A DNA stretch of 63,089 nucleotides, counting the filler. It is 5 parts of 5 records of this genome, joined end to end, with 100 filler letters (N's around TTAATTAATTAA, not from the genome) between each part and the next. Parts side by side here need not be neighbours in the genome. Positions count along the whole stretch, not along the records: positions 51,874 to 63,089 come from SRR31156797_11049; 4 more parts are not named here. The stretch is one strand, 5' to 3'. Positions 60,070-63,089 of the stretch are shown here, in pieces (position 1 is the stretch's first letter; every line of letters starts with the position of its first letter). Made by a program: the position numbers and the translations under genes. The notes beneath the pieces were generated by a model that worked only from the letters and a program-made list of their open reading frames with translations, had not been told where the DNA came from and did not search any database.

Positions 60070-61444
60070 GCATGAAAACGAAAAACTCAATGATTTTTAA
60101 TATCTCTTGATAATAGAAGGAAGTGATAGTTAATCAATGTGTAAGTTACCTAAAAATTGTTTTAATCTTTGGAACATTCAGACTGCCAATACGATTTAAA
60201 TTTTCCACATTTACAATAGACTTACCATACTTTTCAAGATAACTCAATATCAAACGCCGTCTAGTATACAGTGTTGATGAAGCAAGCAAAAACGATTAAG
60301 ATTCTCTCTATTTGGTCACACTGTGAACGTGGAATGTAATATAGTAGTTTCCTTTTCTGTGTAGAGATACAGCTTTTTTTGATTACCAAGAAAAATTGAC
60401 ACAAACGGAAAAAACTATTTACTGAAAAGTCAATGGCGGAAGAATATGAAATCAAAACAAAGAACATTAAAAAATTGGTCTTTGTTTAGCATGAATTCTA
60501 ACTTTTTACATTCCATGATTTCACAAAGCATAAACAATGATTTTAAAAGTAATGCAGAAATAACTTTTTAATACGTGAAAAATTGGATTTTGAGTTTCCC
60601 AGTCATGTCATAATAAGTAGATTGGAATTTATTACATGATCAAAAGACCTTAGTTATTAAGGATTGATTAGTTGTCCAAAATAAAATCTGTGTCAGATGA
60701 ACCTAATTCTGGCTCAGATTTTTTGTTTTCCAACATTGAACAACTTATTATTAAAAAGCTCCTGATTCTCAATTTCCTAGATGATTCAAATCCGTGGGAT
60801 ACTCGTATTATTGTCTTTGTATGGGAATTGTTATCATTTATTTTTCTTTTAGAATAAGGATAAATCATCGCATTAGTGATGACTTTTTCTACTTATGTTA
60901 GAAGATTTTGAAGATTTACTCGAAAACCGTTATACAAAGTTTGGGGAAGTTTAACAAACAAGAAGAAAGAATAAATTCGGGTCTGTATCTGTAAAGGCTT
61001 CAATTAACTTTTAAACAGTGAGCTTTAGACGTTCGAAAATTCTGCTACATTATTTGATTGTTAAAAAGTATTTTTTGCAGGACTTCTTGAGCAGACGTGA
61101 AATTCTGATAATTAAAGTTAGAAGTTATTTTTAATTCATTTATACAGATTTTTAATCTGTGCTATTTCTTAATAAGTGATATATTTTATTGAATTTTGGA
61201 TTGTGTATTAAATTACGTAATAAAGAAAAAATATATACTGATAATATAACATTGATGGATTGAAATATTTAAAAGTTAAAATAATAATTTGTAATTCGAA
61301 TCAATAATTTTGTATTTTTAATCATCATTGTTTGGAATCGTTTTAATTATTTGTTTTTTATGATAAAAGTGGATTAAGAAGTTGATAAACAGGCACAGAA
61401 TATGTCAACTTCTACAAATAAATTTAGTAGCATAATGTAGGAGG

Positions 61445-62194
61445 GTGAAAAGAATGATAGAAATCAAAAACATCTATTATACAAATGGTAATAACTATTC
61501 TCCAAATGATCATTGCGAAAATGGTTGGGCTATCCTGTTGACGAAGAAAGGACTGTACATGGAGAAATCTGAGGTGGGAATAATTCTGATAGAATCTCAT
61601 ATGATTTTTCAATATCTTTCGCAGAGCCTATTGAATCAAATCATTATTGTCGAGTTGAATTTGTTCTGCGAGCCTTCTTCAAACTATATTAAAAAGATTG
61701 ATCTGATAATCAATCAAGAGTTATCTAGCTTAATTCAATTACTTTTTACAAGGTTTGAAACGAGAGATCGAACGTATGTAGTGAATCCCGCTATCGAAAT
61801 GATAATAAGAAAGACATTTAGATTGAATCTTTCAACGCTGAAAGAATACTTTGAAATATTTAAATTAATAGCATTTATACAAGAGAATTTATCTGGAAAT
61901 TTGACCGTTAGTGACTTGGCGGAGTTTATGCATATGTCTAAACCAACTTTAAATCGATTTTGTATGAATAAAATAAATAAAGTGCCTCAGGATTTAATTA
62001 ATGATATCAAAATTACGTTGGCGAAAAATTTGTTGGAATCGACAGATGAAAAAATTTTTGAGATTGGCGAGAAAACTGGTTTCTTTAACGCTAGTGCATT
62101 TACTATTTTTTTTAAAAGGGAAACTGGGGTATCTCCAAAAGAATATAGACAAAATTATTTTAATTCTTGGAAAGAGCATAGCTTAACTATTTAG
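61445..62194 (+). CDS. AraC-family transcriptional regulator
   Basis: LTVSDLAEFMHMS..TLNR, AKNLL.STD.KI.EI...GF...S.F..FFKRETGVSP.EYR; RBS AGGAGG, GTG start. Confidence 0.9.
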   Translation: MKRMIEIKNIYYTNGNNYSPNDHCENGWAILLTKKGLYMEKSEVGIILIESHMIFQYLSQSLLNQIIIVELNLFCEPSSNYIKKIDLIINQELSSLIQLLFTRFETRDRTYVVNPAIEMIIRKTFRLNLSTLKEYFEIFKLIAFIQENLSGNLTVSDLAEFMHMSKPTLNRFCMNKINKVPQDLINDIKITLAKNLLESTDEKIFEIGEKTGFFNASAFTIFFKRETGVSPKEYRQNYFNSWKEHSLTI

Positions 62195-62207
62195 AGGTGA
62201 AAGTGAT

Positions 62208-62603
62208 ATGGGAAGTAGAGAAATAGAAGCTCGTATAATAGAAATCATGGATGAAATTGTTACTTTATCAAAAGAATATGTTTTGTTAAAGAATCATAGA
62301 TTTGACTACGACAAGAAAGTTTCGCAGGAGAGAGTTTATGAAGAATATTTAAGAGAGAATGATTACCAAAAATATAAGAATAATTATGACATTATTTCGT
62401 TATATATAGCTTCTTTTTTAAAAGAAAAAGGTATTCCAACTAGATCTAAAACTATTTATGAATACTTGGTGAAAGAAAAGCTAGTATCTATATCTTATAG
62501 TAATTTGCAAAGCAACTATCTTAAGAGGATGCACGATGATGCTCAGATTAATGTTGAGCGAGCATATAGGGGATATTATCAATATAGAAGAAAATCAAAA
62601 TGA
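62208..62603 (+). CDS. Rok-like winged-helix DNA-binding protein (putative)
   Basis: Helical N-terminus; C-terminal IASFLKEKG...SNL...VERAYRGYYQYR resembles the Rok wing (YRG.Y). Confidence 0.5.
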   Translation: MGSREIEARIIEIMDEIVTLSKEYVLLKNHRFDYDKKVSQERVYEEYLRENDYQKYKNNYDIISLYIASFLKEKGIPTRSKTIYEYLVKEKLVSISYSNLQSNYLKRMHDDAQINVERAYRGYYQYRRKSK

Positions 62604-63089
62604 ACGATAAATTTATCTAGTGGTGTCTTTAGTCACTAACAATTAATTGAAGATAGGGGGCATACTATTCTTTTAGAATCACTAGTCTTTGTGTTTTGGA
62701 TCATCTACTTTTCAATATGTGTCATTCTAGCCTGTACTTATATATCTTCTGAAAAAAATTTGGTAAAACTATTTTAGAAAGGAACGCTTTCGTTCTTTTA
62801 TTGCTCATTGATAACAGAATAGCCCATTTTCTAAATTCTTTTCAGTGATTAAGTAGCAGGCAACTTTTGGCGCCAAGATCTCTTAGATTTGAAGGAGCGA
62901 TAGATCAAAAGTTGTGACTAAAGCATGGAAACTTTAGGCAAAGAGATAATTGTTGAAGATAATGATACTCACGTAAGCGTCCCGCTGATGAACAGGGGGA
63001 GGAGGAGACTCCTGTGTACCTTTTCCAAGGTGGTTTAGAAAATGTTTTAAATAAAAAAAGGAACAGCATAAATGTTTTCGAAATGCTTT

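Noticed and set aside
60261-60868. Short ORFs of 61-68 aa in AT-rich DNA
   Set aside because: No clear RBS or motifs; two overlap on opposite strands; likely spurious
1-63089. CRISPR arrays, rRNA, tRNA, transposases, integrases
   Set aside because: None recognised on reading; a tRNAscan/Infernal/CRISPR scan would be needed to exclude them formally

Overview
The window is five unrelated contigs joined by identical 100-nt artificial linkers (N44-TTAATTAATTAA-N44). (1) 1-23685, Bacteroidota (Marinifilaceae-like): sufB, then an AT-rich ~11 kb accessory operon, then thiL, lpxA/lpxC-fabZ/lpxD, an HD hydrolase and rimP-nusA-infB. The accessory operon contains a 52-aa double-glycine precursor peptide missed by the ORF track (3483-3641), a C39-peptidase ABC exporter, a CxxC thioredoxin-fold protein, a MacB-like permease, a periplasmic adaptor and paired accessory genes, but no recognisable RiPP-modifying enzyme. 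Two stand-alone HTH genes bracket most of it, each followed by a similar operator/promoter-like element. This is the best candidate for an undescribed system. (2) 23786-33248, Desulfobacterales-like: two BCCT carriers (one with CaiT antiporter signatures), a flavin oxidoreductase, a sigma-54 two-component pair and fragments of corrinoid methyltransferase genes. (3) 33349-45042, Campylobacterota (Arcobacter-like): trpD, tsaE, lptB, mdh, monomeric icd, mltG, an AsmA-like gene, a short flagellin-like protein and a 97-aa protein ending in a flagellin C-terminus. (4) 45143-51773, low-GC anaerobe: two tandem chemoreceptors, an ArsB/NhaD-type transporter and a PTS EIIA fragment. (5) 51874-63089, Enterococcus-like: a VanRS-like system plus ABC exporter between diverged direct repeats, pseudogenes, an AraC regulator and a Rok-like gene. 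Taxa and protein families were assigned by eye from motifs, without database searches.
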